A DNA stretch of 64,000 nucleotides, taken from the NCBI GenBank assembly GCA_964106645.2, contig OZ067046.1; one strand, given 5' to 3'. A program made the position numbers and the translations under genes. Each line of letters starts with the position of its first letter. The stretch's first letter is position 1. Shown one piece after another: positions 46,746-59,100 of the stretch. This stretch comes from Podarcis pityusensis (taxonomy: Eukaryota). The notes below the pieces were generated by a model, which had not been told where the DNA came from, searched no databases, and was given only the letters and a program-made list of their open reading frames with translations.

Positions 46746-49370
46746 ATTCAGAGCGTAGTTGCCAACACCAAGACCCAGAAAGCCATGGTTTGTAAATGCA
46801 TAATCTCCTGCTCTAATTAACATTCATGACAATCCAAACCTAAAGATCCCATGGAAAGCAAGCATCCTTTATGGCCAAATCAGCTTATTTACAAAAATAC
46901 ATAAGTGCAAGCTGTATTACTAATCTCCAAACATTTGTATTACTCTATATTTGAGCTTTGTGCTTTTAATGCATCCTTGTAGGCCACTTCAAGCTCTCGC
47001 ATGGCCAAATGCATAGGGTGTTATTCAACTTCATTTTACTCTTGAGAAGATCCAGTGAAATTAAGAGACCTAACTTAGCCACATCCTTTCATTTCCATAG
47101 GACTACACTGAGTAAAGTAACTGCATTCCACCCAATGATTTACTCTGCATACTTCTAGAGCCTATATATAAGCATGCACATCCCTGGTCTGTAAATATGA
47201 ACTAGATTTAACCTCTATCTTAGGCAGTACCTGACTTCTAAAAAAGATGGCATAGTCCTGAAGAGGATAATTTGTGGACAGGTTTCTATGTGCACTGTGC
47301 AGACCATTCTACTATATCAAATGGCTGCTTTTGGGGAATGAAGTCCCCTATATCTATCAGCCATGCACATTCAGGGATCTGTGCATACTCTGCTCATGTA
47401 ATCCCTCCATCAACCTCTGCTGGGGAAAAAGAATTTCCTTCTCCCCATTGGGCTGGTGAGGGAAATAATGTAATTGGTGAACATTACTGTACTTGAAGAT
47501 TTATAATTTGGGCCGTCTGAGCAGAAATACCAGGGCAAAGACACAATGGGACCGACAACTTTCAAAAGGTATATAAGTGCCCTTTTCACTATAGATGGCA
47601 TAACTATACCTTCTAGTGCAAAGGTTTACATAACTCTGCGGAAACAGATACTGTAAAAAGCAGCCTGTGATGGATTAACCCTATAGTTACTCTTGCCAAA
47701 TCTAACAATCCTAATTCTACTTAGGTTGAATCATTACAAAATGTTAAAATGTTCTGGCATTTTTATACATTTATTTAAAATATAATCTGCAAGATGAGTA
47801 GCTGAACACATGATTATTATTAATTTTTTTAAAAAGAAATGCCTACTGCGATTATACAATGTTGGATTGAACTTCCCCTCTCCCCCACCCAAAATCTGAA
47901 CTTATAATCAGTTTATCAAGCAAAACTAAACCATAAACTGCGATGCTCAAGTACTAAAGAAACACCATCCAAGTAATATACATGTGCACAAACTCCTTGC
48001 TACACTGTTTCTTGGTGCTTCCATGCAGATACCTCAGACTGGGAAGGAAGAGCAGAGCTGCAGACTACAATATGAACCAAGCTATACATGATTGTCTGTT
48101 CTGCTTGATGAAAGCCTGGCAGGTCTAGCTCTGGGGAGGGGCGAGAGAGGGAAATAGTTTAGCCTCAATGGAAGTATATCTTTTCCCCCCACTGAATCTA
48201 CAGAACTCCCCCCCCCCCCAAAGCTATGAACCTGGAGACTTTTGAAATCCATCAAAAGTACATGAAAATAATCGACAGCTCGGTGCAGAGGTAGATTTAT
48301 TACTGGAATAATATCTAGGGACCCTACACATTTCAAGCTACACAAACTTCATCACCGTGGGGTAGCATCAGTCCTGATCGAGAACAAAACCGTTTCAAGT
48401 CACTCCCAGTTCCCTCTGCACTCAGTATGTAGTCCTGGACTGGGGGAATCTGTGCAGAGAAGCAAGCGTCTACTAGCAAGGCCAATGCAGGTGTGCACCT
48501 ATTTTGATGCTCACCTGAGTCCAGCTTAATGAGCTGGATTGGGTCAGAGATTGGGGGAAACCCTTTCGACCCTAAGGTAAATAAGGACACAACAATGCTA
48601 ACCCCAGTCCTCCACATGACATCTAGTTAAAGTCCATAGCTTCCACAGTTACATTCCCGCTAGTCTGTCTCAGGTGAGGTAACAGTGCAGAAGTCCAAGT
48701 ATCCAGTAAAGATCCCTTACCAACCAAACAACTTGTCAACCAAGTTGTCTGCCAAAGGGACAATTTTAAGGAAGCTCTGCAGACAAAAAAAAGCTAAGTT
48801 TAACACCAAGAAAAAATATACATAAAAATAGGGCTCATTACAGCAATCTCAACTTCGTCGGAGAGAGGTTTCTGAAGCTGCTATTTTCGGCAGGGTTGCT
48901 TCCAAAGGTCTTTTGGGGGAAAACCACCACGCATACATCTTAAGATACACACAAAATGTCACATAAAAACACAGCAATGCAATTTTACTCTGCATTGGGG
49001 GGGGGGGGGGTTGGAATTTTAGGAAGCCAGTTTGCCCAGCATGCAACTTCTGGGCACCACGACCGAATGGCTAACCATTTTAAAGAGATTTTGGCATGCA
49101 TGTTCAGAAGTCAGTCATAAGAAGCTTACGAATAGGCACAGTCCCCCAGGCCACTTTCTGTGAAGACTATGCCTGACCATCAGAAGAAGCTCTTACCCCA
49201 GGCAGCAACCCAAACAGCCCCCAGAAAGGTAGTGTCTAGCTCTTTAAAGCAGTTTTGCTTAGTTATTACAGCAATGGCTTGCTCAGTTTTTACAATCATT
49301 CACAGTATTGCATGCTTATCAGGGACTACAAGACAGATGGACTCATCTTGACGATTCATGGGTTTTGCTG

Positions 49371-49480
49371 TTAGACTTGGGAGCTTCCATGAAGAGGCAA
49401 CTGAAATGGGATCATGGAGTATTCAACAGCTCTGCTTGCAAATCCTCCCAGCAAAGGCAGTCCAACAGGTTTAAGAGGTC
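49371..49480 (-). CDS. LCORL: Probable LCORL/PALI2 C-terminal coding exon (GPLKPVGLPLLGGFASRAVEYSMIPFQLPLHGSSQV*)
   Basis: Strong acceptor ttttctcttttttatag|GA; phase 1 matches the giant-exon donor; open to TAA at 49373-49371. Confidence 0.55.
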
Positions 49481-50729
49481 CTATAAAAAAGAGAAAATTA
49501 AGACTCGGACTTCACACATTTTCGCATGAATGGTGTGTGCGTTCACAATATTCACAGATTTGGCAGAAGGTTCTGATGGTACAAAAACCCATTTAATCAG
49601 TACAAATATATTCTTTGCAATTTTTGTCAAATGCTGTTTTTCTTTATAGTTCAGCTAAATTAAATAATCCGGCCTTAGTAATTTCAATGGAAAGTTAAGC
49701 ATGCATGCTCTTCAATCTTTTCCATTGAAGTCAATGGGATGTAAGGCCCGACCTTTGTCCAAAGCTTACAAATTCAGGATTTGTCTGTCAGTGATTTGCA
49801 AGGGAGCCACCTACATAGTGTTTTAAGACTTTATATTATTGCCTCAATTATATTATTACCTAAATTATCAATTTAAGGTATTTACATCATCTAAGGAAGC
49901 GTATTCCTTTTATCTCTGTTTTGAGATAGCCACTTACACAGGGGTTATGTTCTGAACCCCTGTGTGCATCAGCGAAATGGGGAGCACCCTGGAGATTGCT
50001 CCCTCCTCGCAAGCCAGATACTTGTTGAAAGCTTCCCTGCACCTCAGCTGAGCTGGTCAAGGCTCCCCGTTGTGCCTCCGGCTTGTAGGAGCTGGAGACA
50101 CATGGGGGTTTGCACAGCTCACACACAACAAAGTGAGATCTGGAGAGCAGCTGATCCGAGCAGCCTCAACAAACCTCTGGCTCACGAGACGACCCTTCCT
50201 AGGGCCCAAAGAGGACTCCTTCCGAGTTGGAGGCGCAGTGGGGCTTTCCAGCTAACAGTAGCCATTTTCCCATGTGTCAGCTGTTCGCCAGAAGGCTGAA
50301 GAGCCTCAGCAAAGCCCTGCTGCACCTCCTCCCAAGGAGACCTTCCCCAGAGCCCAAAGAGGTTGGTTGTCCCCTTTAGGCTCCAGGGAGGGTCTCCTTG
50401 CAAGCCAGAGGCTTTTTGCGGCTGCTTAGCAGATGTGCGGGAAAGTTTCCCCATATATCAGGTCAGCGGCTCAACAAAGACCTGCTGTCCTTCCAGCTTC
50501 CACAGCTGACGAACAGAGAAGCGTCTTCCCTGAGCATCAGCTGTGGTAGCCCCTAAATTCACCTTAATAACATCTTTGTCCACTAATCCATTTTTGAACA
50601 TTTTATCAGGCTTCATTGCCCGTAAGGTAAGCCACAAAAATCACAGCGCTGACTACCAAAATTAAGAAAGCAAACTTTTCAAGTCACAGTTCTTCCTCCA
50701 CTTCCGATAAACCTGCCTTCCCATTTGCA

Positions 50730-50955
50730 CAGTGGTACCTCGGGTTACATACGCTTCAGGTTACAGACTCCGCTAACCCAGAAATAGTACCTTGGGTTAA
50801 GAACTTTGCTTCAGGATGAGAACAGAAATCGTGCTCTGGTGGTGTGGTGGCAGCAGGAGGCCCCATTAGCTAAAGTGGTGCTTCAGGTTAAGAACAGTTT
50901 CAGGTTAAGAACAGACCTCCAGAACGAATTAAGTTCTTAACCCGAGGTACCACTG
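50730..50955. mobile_element. Tigger-like MITE
   Basis: Perfect TIRs; inverted copy of the 7941 family. Confidence 0.88.
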
Positions 50956-51125
50956 TACATGCCCATGCACATCTGGAGCTGAATTCTGGAGGTCTTTAGC
51001 TACACAGATCAATGTATGGTGACCAGTTAAAGAGACATCAAATCTGCTCCTAGTTTAGATAGGCAAAATTCAGGGCATTGTATCGCTAAAAGTAAGCATT
51101 TCAAAATCCTATGGATTTACTAACA

Positions 51126-51252
51126 TGGCTCAGTTGGTAGAGCACAAGACTCTTAATCTCAAGGTCATGGGCTCAAGCCCTATGTTGAGCAAGATTCCTG
51201 TGTTGCAGGAGGTTGGACTAGATGACCCTCACGGTCCCTACAATTCTTTGAT
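51126..51252 (+). mobile_element. tRNA(Lys)-derived SINE with CR1 tail (Squam2-like)
   Basis: GCTCAGTTGGTAGAGC..GACTCTTAATC head fused to a GGTTGGACTAGATGACC CR1 tail. Confidence 0.78.
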
Positions 51253-51417
51253 TATACTGCCCCACTGAGTAACTTTGGCTTGATTGTTCCCTTTCCACAT
51301 TTTGTATGTAGCCTATTTAGTCCCCCTAAAAAGGGTATCAGTGTTAACAGAAATTATGTAGTTTTAGTATTTCATCTTAATATACAACCAGTGTTTGTTT
51401 TAGGATCTCATCTTAAG

Positions 51418-51679
51418 TACCGCATTTTTTGCTCTATAAGACTCACTTTTTTCCTCCTAAAAAGTAAGGGGAAAGGTGTTTGCGTCTTATGGAGCGAATG
51501 CAGGCTGCGCAGCTATCCCAGAAGCCAGAACAGGAAAAGGGATTGCTGCTTTCACTGCGCAGCGATCCCTCTTGCTGTTCTGGCTTCTGAGATTCAGAAT
51601 ATTTTTTTTCTTGTTTTCCTCCTCCAAAACTAGGTGCGTCTTATGGTCTGGTGCGTCTTATAGAGCGAAAAATACGGTA
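51418..51679. mobile_element. Mariner-type MITE
   Basis: TACCGCATTTTTTGCTCTATAAGAC / GTCTTATAGAGCGAAAAATACGGTA TIRs. Confidence 0.82.
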
Positions 51680-52867
51680 AGTTCCAATATTTCACTCTCA
51701 AAGCTAATGTATTTGAAATAAGGCCAATTGCTTTTATCCAGAAAAATAACTGGCATTGAAACTTTTGAAAAGGATTTTTGTCCCCAATTCAGCAAGAGCA
51801 TCCGGGGCAGATTCAAGCCCCCAGCTAACAAAAAACAGAATGAGAAAAAAAATAAAAAGAGAATGAGATGAAAGGAGAAACAGTAGACAAGGCAAATAAT
51901 CCAGTTAGGGATGCCTGTAGCTTTCTTTTGCAAGTCTTATCTAAAACTTTGCATATGAGCTGGGATTCTAATGCATGTTACATTAACAATGTGACAAGCA
52001 GTCATGCTGTTGGTTTAAAAAAAAAAATTAGGAGGAACAGGATAAACAAATAATAAATAATATTAGGAGGAACCCTCTCCCCCTCGTGGAAAATAGCATT
52101 TGGAAAAAAGCTGTAACTGGAACAAATGGTGCATTTGTGCTCTCCAGCTTCTCCCCCTCCAGAGAGACACCATGTTAAGGGGTGCAGTGAGAAGGAAAAC
52201 CTAGCTCCTCTCCAGGCGTGTCAGCAGCAGTGCTTTCAGGTGGCACACATTTGGGTGCGGATCGTGTCCATTTTAGTTGACTATACTTGCTGCAGGCATT
52301 TTGTACATAAACCCTGATTTTGGTGGCATTGAGGTCAAACTGTAAAGCAGCAGTGCATTTCGAAGTACCTATTGCTATTTTATTTCTAATGTCTTATAAA
52401 CAGGTTTGCAGAAGACTAGATTTGCTGATATTGTACTCATCAGCAATTTATCAGTATTTGCGGGTATTTTTTAAAGACTAAGCTATAGTGTTTTGCATTG
52501 CCACTCTGCTGTTTTGTTTTTATGTGTTACTTCTTTTTTAAAGAAATAAAAATGAATGAACAACTATAGCAATGCTTTTGGTACAGGACAGTAACACCCC
52601 CCCCAACCCTAATAAATTGATTAATCAGCTAATCTGCACAATTTATTAACATTTTGGTCTCAGATTAAGCATTGACCTATCAGTCCTTCTGCTTCTCTAA
52701 TTCACATCAGAGGACGGTGGCAGAAAGCAGTTAAACATAATAGGAAAGGGTGGCTGGTGGCAAGTCCACACCCAAAGCAGCATTGGTTACTTGGGCAATT
52801 GGCAGGTGCAGGTGTCAGGTCTGCTGGCATAAAATGTGTGATATTTCATATCAGATAAACTCCAGAT

Positions 52868-54562
52868 TAGGGCTGGGCGATAAATGGTTTTCAATACAGT
52901 GGTGCCTCACAAGACGAAATTAATTCGTTCCGCGAGTTTTGTCGTCTTGTGATTTTTTTCGTCTTGCGAAGCATGGTGTCGGGAAAGTTTTGGAAAAGCT
53001 TCAAAAATCACCAAAGTCTTTAAAAACCTCAAAAAAGGCTACCACACCGCGTTCTATGAGTTGCTCCTCGAAGTCAAGTCACAACTGTATTAACGGTGTT
53101 AAGAAAAAGGAAACAAACTTGCAAGACGTTTCCGTCTTGCAAAGCAAGCCCATAGGGAAAATCGTCTTGCGAAGCAGCTCAAAAAACAAACAACCTTTTC
53201 GTCTAGCGAGTTTTTTGTCTTGCGAGGCATTCGTCTTGCGAGGTACCACTGTATCGCAATATATCACCAGCTAAACATCGCAATATATCACGGTATCTGA
53301 AGCTAGGAAGGAACTACGATATTGGCCCGAATAGAAGCCGCAATTTTCCAATTGTGAAAAGTTACAAGTGTGGCTTATATCTGCAACCTTATGGTGTCAC
53401 TGCTGAAACAGCTGGCCATGAGGGCCGTCGAGGGGGCAGGACCATCCTGACCGCCTCTCCCAAGCCACCATAAGGAAGGGAGGGAGGCTACTGGCAATGC
53501 GGCGCGGCTCCCCCCCCTGGAAGCAGCCCGGGTGCATGGGGCAATGGCACATAGCCTGCCCGCTACTCCCAAGCCTCCCCTGGCACCAGCCTGGGGAGGC
53601 AGTGCCAGGAGGCGGTAGTGTCAGGAAGCAGGTGCGCAGCGTGCTTGGAACCAACCGCCAGCGCTGGCCGCCCCCAGTTCAGGGCAGTAGTGCCAGGAGA
53701 TGGACCGCACCCACAAATAAGCCTTGGATTTTAAAGCTGCGGCTTATTTGCGGGTACGTCTTTTATTCTGGCCAATATCTGACCCAATATTCTGGGTCTG
53801 AAACTGATAAATGATGATAGTGAATACAAATAATCTGGGACTGCGAGCAGGCCTACAAGGCAGCCCAAACGGCAGCAGCCTGGCAATGGCAGAAGCACTG
53901 GCAGCCTGGGCACAATAATCAGCCTGCGAAGCATCATCATGGCAGTGGTGGCAGGAAACGGTGGCAGAAGCCACGAGGACTCGTAGGCCACCACTGATTG
54001 TGCTGCCACCATGAGGCCTTGCAGGTTGTCGCCGCTACTATCAACACGTACTGTGGTCAGGGCAAGCTGTTTCTGCCACTGCTGTTTCTGCCTCCCAGCA
54101 GGCCTGCTGGCAGTCCCAGATTATTTGTATTCACTATGACTTCTCGCCGTACTTTTGATTGTCCTGAATACCACCATTTGGTATCCAAGCCCAAAACCAA
54201 AAGTCCTGTTTCGATACGTTTTGGCTTGCCTGCTGATGAAACTGAGTGTGTGATGATTGATAATATTGTCATTTATCCATTTTAGACCCTTAAGTAGTAG
54301 CAGTTGCCAGGACATTGTCCTGTTTGCCTCTGTGTAGTTCCTTCCTTATTTCAGACATTGTGGTAGACTGCAATAATTAGCTGGTGATAACATTGCAGTG
54401 TTTAGCTGGTGAGCTACCACGATGTTGAAAACCAGATATCGCCTAACCCTTACACACATTGTGATTCGTGATATATTGCCAGCTCAAATATTATGAAACA
54501 ATTATCAAGATGTGAATTTCAAACCGGTGTTGGGTGATATATTGATATATCGCCCAGCCATA
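52868..54562. mobile_element. 1.7-kb non-autonomous hAT element with nested Tigger-like MITE (52897-53251)
   Basis: TIR TAGGGCTGGGCGATA / TATCGCCCAGCCATA; 8-bp TSD CTCCAGAT. Confidence 0.88.
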
Positions 54563-54574
54563 CTCCAGATATCT

Positions 54575-55850
54575 TGTAGGAGATGGGAGTCAGGGAGGAG
54601 GCTAAGACTTGTTTTATTTGCTAGAGATTTAGGGAGCAGATTGGTAAATGGTAAAAGGGGGAGATTGGTAAAAACGAAGTTGAAAGGCACCTTCAAAAGT
54701 GTTAACTAACTCTTTCCAAAACAACTGCTCAAAACTGCAAGAATAGAAGCTCACATAGATCAGGAACGGTAGCATCAAATCCTTGAGGATGTCAGGATGT
54801 CAGTGTGGTTAATGAGCAGAATCAAGGAAGCTATTACAGAAGCCTTCCTTCAGAAGATGGAAGCCTTGCCCATAGGAAGACAAAAAAGGAACACAAACAC
54901 TGGCAAGAGAAATGCAGGCAAACAAGAGAGCCGAAAGAAGAATCTGAGCAGCATATTGCTAAAAACATTAAGAAAATGTAGTTAACTACCATCAGAACTA
55001 GGAAACCAGCCACAAAGGTGGTTGGACTGCTGGATAACAAGGGAGTGAAAGGGGTGCCGAAAGAAGAAAAAGAGACTGCAGAGAGACTGAATTGACTCTT
55101 TGTGTACGTCTTCACTGTGGAAGATGTACAACAGCACCAGGTCCAAACTGGTATGTTCACAAAGATAGTGTGAACAGCTAAGGCTGAGATCTATATGCAT
55201 CTACAGATGAAGGGTGGTATACAAATTTAATAAAAATAATAAAATTAAAATAAGACAATTAGTGGCAATGAGGAGATCTAGATCTTATTGGCCCATTAAA
55301 AATTAACTATTCACCAGGTGCAAATGTTATCCCTCCTGAGTTTTTTTCAAGAACTCAAATGTTATTATTGCTGGTCTGCTAACAAAACTATGCAACATTT
55401 CCCTAAAATACCAGCTCCATACCTGAAGACTGGAAAATGGCCAAATGTAACATACATTTTTAAAAGAGATCCAGGAAAGAAGATGTCATTTAGCATGTGG
55501 ACAGGGACAATACCATACAGACTATGAACTTGGACTTTGAATACTCTTTTGATAGTTCCTCCTCAAAGACTCCTTTGTGACCCCAATGTGACAAGAGGGC
55601 AAGTCGTCGGATGAAACAGTAGCTGGATAAAGAACAGGAAGCAAAAGAGTAGGAATAAATGTTCAGTCCTCACATTGGAGAGAGAAGTTGGGTTCCCTCA
55701 GGAGCTATAGTAAAGGTAAAGGGACCCCTGACCATTAGGTCCAGTCGTGGCTGGACTCTGGAGTTGCGGCGCTCATCTCGCTTTATTGGCCGAGGGAGCC
55801 GGCGTACAACTTCCGGGTCATTATAAATCAGTATATTTAAGGTGACGGAT
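54575..55850 (+). mobile_element. Highly decayed CR1 fragments with a truncated Sauria SINE (-, about 55710-55821)
   Basis: WKMANVT.IFK-like remnants and GGGTTCCCTCAGG; GGTAAA SINE tail. Confidence 0.6.
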
Positions 55851-56172
55851 AGGCCATCTCCCATCCTTCAACCACAAATCCACAGACAGAATGCGGACCA
55901 CCTCAATGAAGCTTGTAATCTGCAGACCAGTTTGGGAATTCCTGCTTGAAAATATTGTACTCTCAAAGCATATGGGAAATTCAATTTTATACAGCAAAAC
56001 ATTAAGCAATGCTAAACACTTTTAGCATTGCATCGTTTAAAATGGTAGATTCCTGACTTTTGTAAAAATAATAAGAATGCTCTCTGTACTGAGCATTCTC
56101 ATTTGTCTCATTTTAATGGAAAGTTAATACAGATTTTGTATAGGGGTGAGGGGGAGATGAAATAAAACTTAC

Positions 56173-59100
56173 CCAGTTGGTACTTTGAGTAACAACTTGA
56201 TACTTGGCCAGGGCTGCATAATTGCCTCGTATTCCTTTCTCTGATATTCAGGTTGGTGAGTTTGTACTGTGTCCTCCTCCTCTTGCTTGTTTTCTTAGGG
56301 ACCTCAGCAGGACCATCTTCAAAAGTGACACGCTTGCTTGGTTTCTTGCAGTCTTGCTCAATATGCAGGTCTTTAACCAAGCTGAAATTCTTAGCTTCCT
56401 CAGCATCCTTTTCACATCTGTCAGACGTTCTCTGCTTAGCAGAGTGGGACCTTAAAGTACAGTGCCTTTTCCCCTGAAAGTAGCCGTGACTGGCACTACG
56501 ATCTACAGATTCCGGAGTGCAAACAACAGTGCTACTGAAAGAATGCTGTTCTTCAGCCGGGTTGATTTTCTTCAAAAATATTCTACAATCCTTAAAGGTT
56601 TTGTCTTTCCAGTCATCTTCACCAAAGGCATGTGCTTTCCCGATATTTTTTTGGTTGTGATCTACGGATTGTGCGCTTGGTCTACAATTATTTGTCAAGC
56701 CAGGCTTTGTGCTGAGGTCTGTCAATTGTGTTTTCTGTTGATAAAATGCACCTGTGGTTTCATTTCCAGTTGAAGTGATTCTCGGAGAGTCTACAAGAAT
56801 TGCGGGCGATTTAGTGTCTACCGTACCATTCTCGTGGCTTGTGCTCGTTTTGTTGTTAATTTCCTGACTTGTGTTAGCAAAACACTGGCTTTGGCAGAAG
56901 AATCGCAAATGCTGCTTTTTCGATTTCCAGTCACTTGTTCCATGATTATACAGCTTTTTCACTTGTCTCCACCGATCATGCTGCAAATTCTCAAATTTGG
57001 TTCTTCTTAATTTCGCTAAAGTGAAGTTACGTTTCCTCTTTAAGACTCGAGACCTGACTATTTTATGGAGAATTTGTATCTTTCCCGCTGATTTTGATGG
57101 CGTGGATAGTGCAAATTTTTTAAAGTGCTTTCTCAAAGGACTAGTATTACAATCGCATTGTCTTGTTCCAATTTTAAATTGTTGTGTACTGATTACTTCA
57201 ACAGGATTGCGAGCATTCGCCTTTCTCACTAATGCCAGTGACTGCGTTTCCGTAGTTTGCATAAACCATGTGCACAGTTCATCTATATTACACTTTTTCT
57301 GGAAAAGCATTTTTATAGGAGAGTTTTCAAGCTGTAACACGCAGGAGTCCAAAGGCTTTGATACTTTAATGCTATAGTCTTGTTCAATACGACACCGCTC
57401 ATCATAGAGACATTTTTCAAATTCTTCTCCGTTCACGTGCAACCAAGTATTTGTTATCTGTTCATATCTACTATTTAGTTCTTTTAACAAGGAATCATTA
57501 GAAATGGAAGGATCCCACCATCTGAGGGAAGAATTTGATGAAATGGTGGGATCTGATGACATTTCATTAACAAATCTAAACTTATTATTCTCTGAGCTTT
57601 TTTTTGCTTTTTCTGGGGCCTTATTTCCTGAGGTATCTTTGGGTGCCATGTTTGACTGTTTTATTTTTTGATTCTTAGCATTTTTCAAACAGAGCTTATA
57701 GGATTTGTGTAGAAAGGCACGTCTACAAGACAGTGAGTTAGAGGATGCTAAGGACTGTAAGAAAGGCAGCGATGGTCTTCTATCTCTAAGAGATTGTCTC
57801 AAAGGGATTTCAGGTTTACTTGGTGCTATTGTAATAATTTCATCCGAAAAATCCTTACTTTTATCATTCCAATAGCCTTTTGAAACATCCAACTTATTGC
57901 ATTGTTGATCAAGCTTCTTAGGAGACCCATGTTTTTCTAACATAGTCTCTTGTTCTAAAGGAGGCAGGTAGCTGTTAATACTCACTATTCTTTCCTGAGA
58001 TGAAATCTGGTTAACAGTCACTGATATGCCAGATATTTTTACTTTTGCTGGTCTACCAGGTTTTCTAATTATATTTAAAGGCTTCTGTTTTGGTCTTACG
58101 ATATTGCTGCAATGGGATGGTAGCACTGGGCTGCTCTCTAAAGGTCTAACATATTCATAGCCAGATGCAGAGGTCTTGCGTTCAGTAGAGTTTTGCATAC
58201 TTCTGTTTTTTGGCAAACTATTCCTTGTTTCTGAGTTCTGCTTCACTTGATCAGATTCACATACAACGTGATTGTGAGGACTTGGTACCAAACTGACTAC
58301 ATTTAGGCTACTTTCAGAAACACACCTCTTAGTCCTTCGTGACCTTCCAAAGACAACTGTCACAGTAATGTTCTTGTTAATATTATTGTCCTCTAGAACA
58401 TCTGCATTGGAGCTCACGCTTTTTTCCCTAGCACTGAAGGAATCACTTATATTATTGGCATTTTCAGCATCTACCTTAGGCTTTGGCGGTCGGCCAATTG
58501 GACGCTTAATCTGCTTCACAACTTGAGGACCTAATTTTTTTGGTCGGCCCGGTTTTCTTTTCAGAGAGGATCCATTGCCACTTTGTTCTACAGGGTTTTC
58601 ATTTGGCTTATGCTCACCAATGTTTGTTTCATGAGCAATTACTGTAGGAAAAACAGGATTTACTTCATTTTTAGGGCTGTTTTCAAGAGAAACAGTTTTA
58701 CCAGGATCCGCAGCTTCCAATTGTTTTTCTGCCAGCAAACCTGTTTTCCGCTGAAGAGAGTAAAGGTCAATGTTTAATTTAGCGGAATCATTTACAGAGG
58801 TTAGCGTGTATTTCACTCCTTCGCTACTATTAATCTCTGAAAGGAACATAAGTTTTATAGGACTAGTGTAATTTAGTGCTGGAGAATTATCTCCCACATC
58901 AGAACTTGACTGCAAGTCCTCATTATGGTAAGTCAACGTATCTGAATTGAATGCTGATGATTTCAAAAGGCTTTTATATCCTTCATCAGACACTTTTTCT
59001 TCTTTTGTTGGCAGACATTCCTGTTTGCTATTATTGCTACATGGAGCATGAGCTTGTGACAGTACATATTGTCCCGTACTTCCACTTTCACTCATGCTAA

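Noticed and set aside
48082-48617. Additional LCORL coding exons
   Set aside because: No recognisable homology or convincing phase-compatible splice sites; they lie downstream of the 49371 stop.
51126-51190. tRNA-Lys(CTT) gene
   Set aside because: Degenerate acceptor stem and T arm, fused to a CR1 tail; it is a SINE head.
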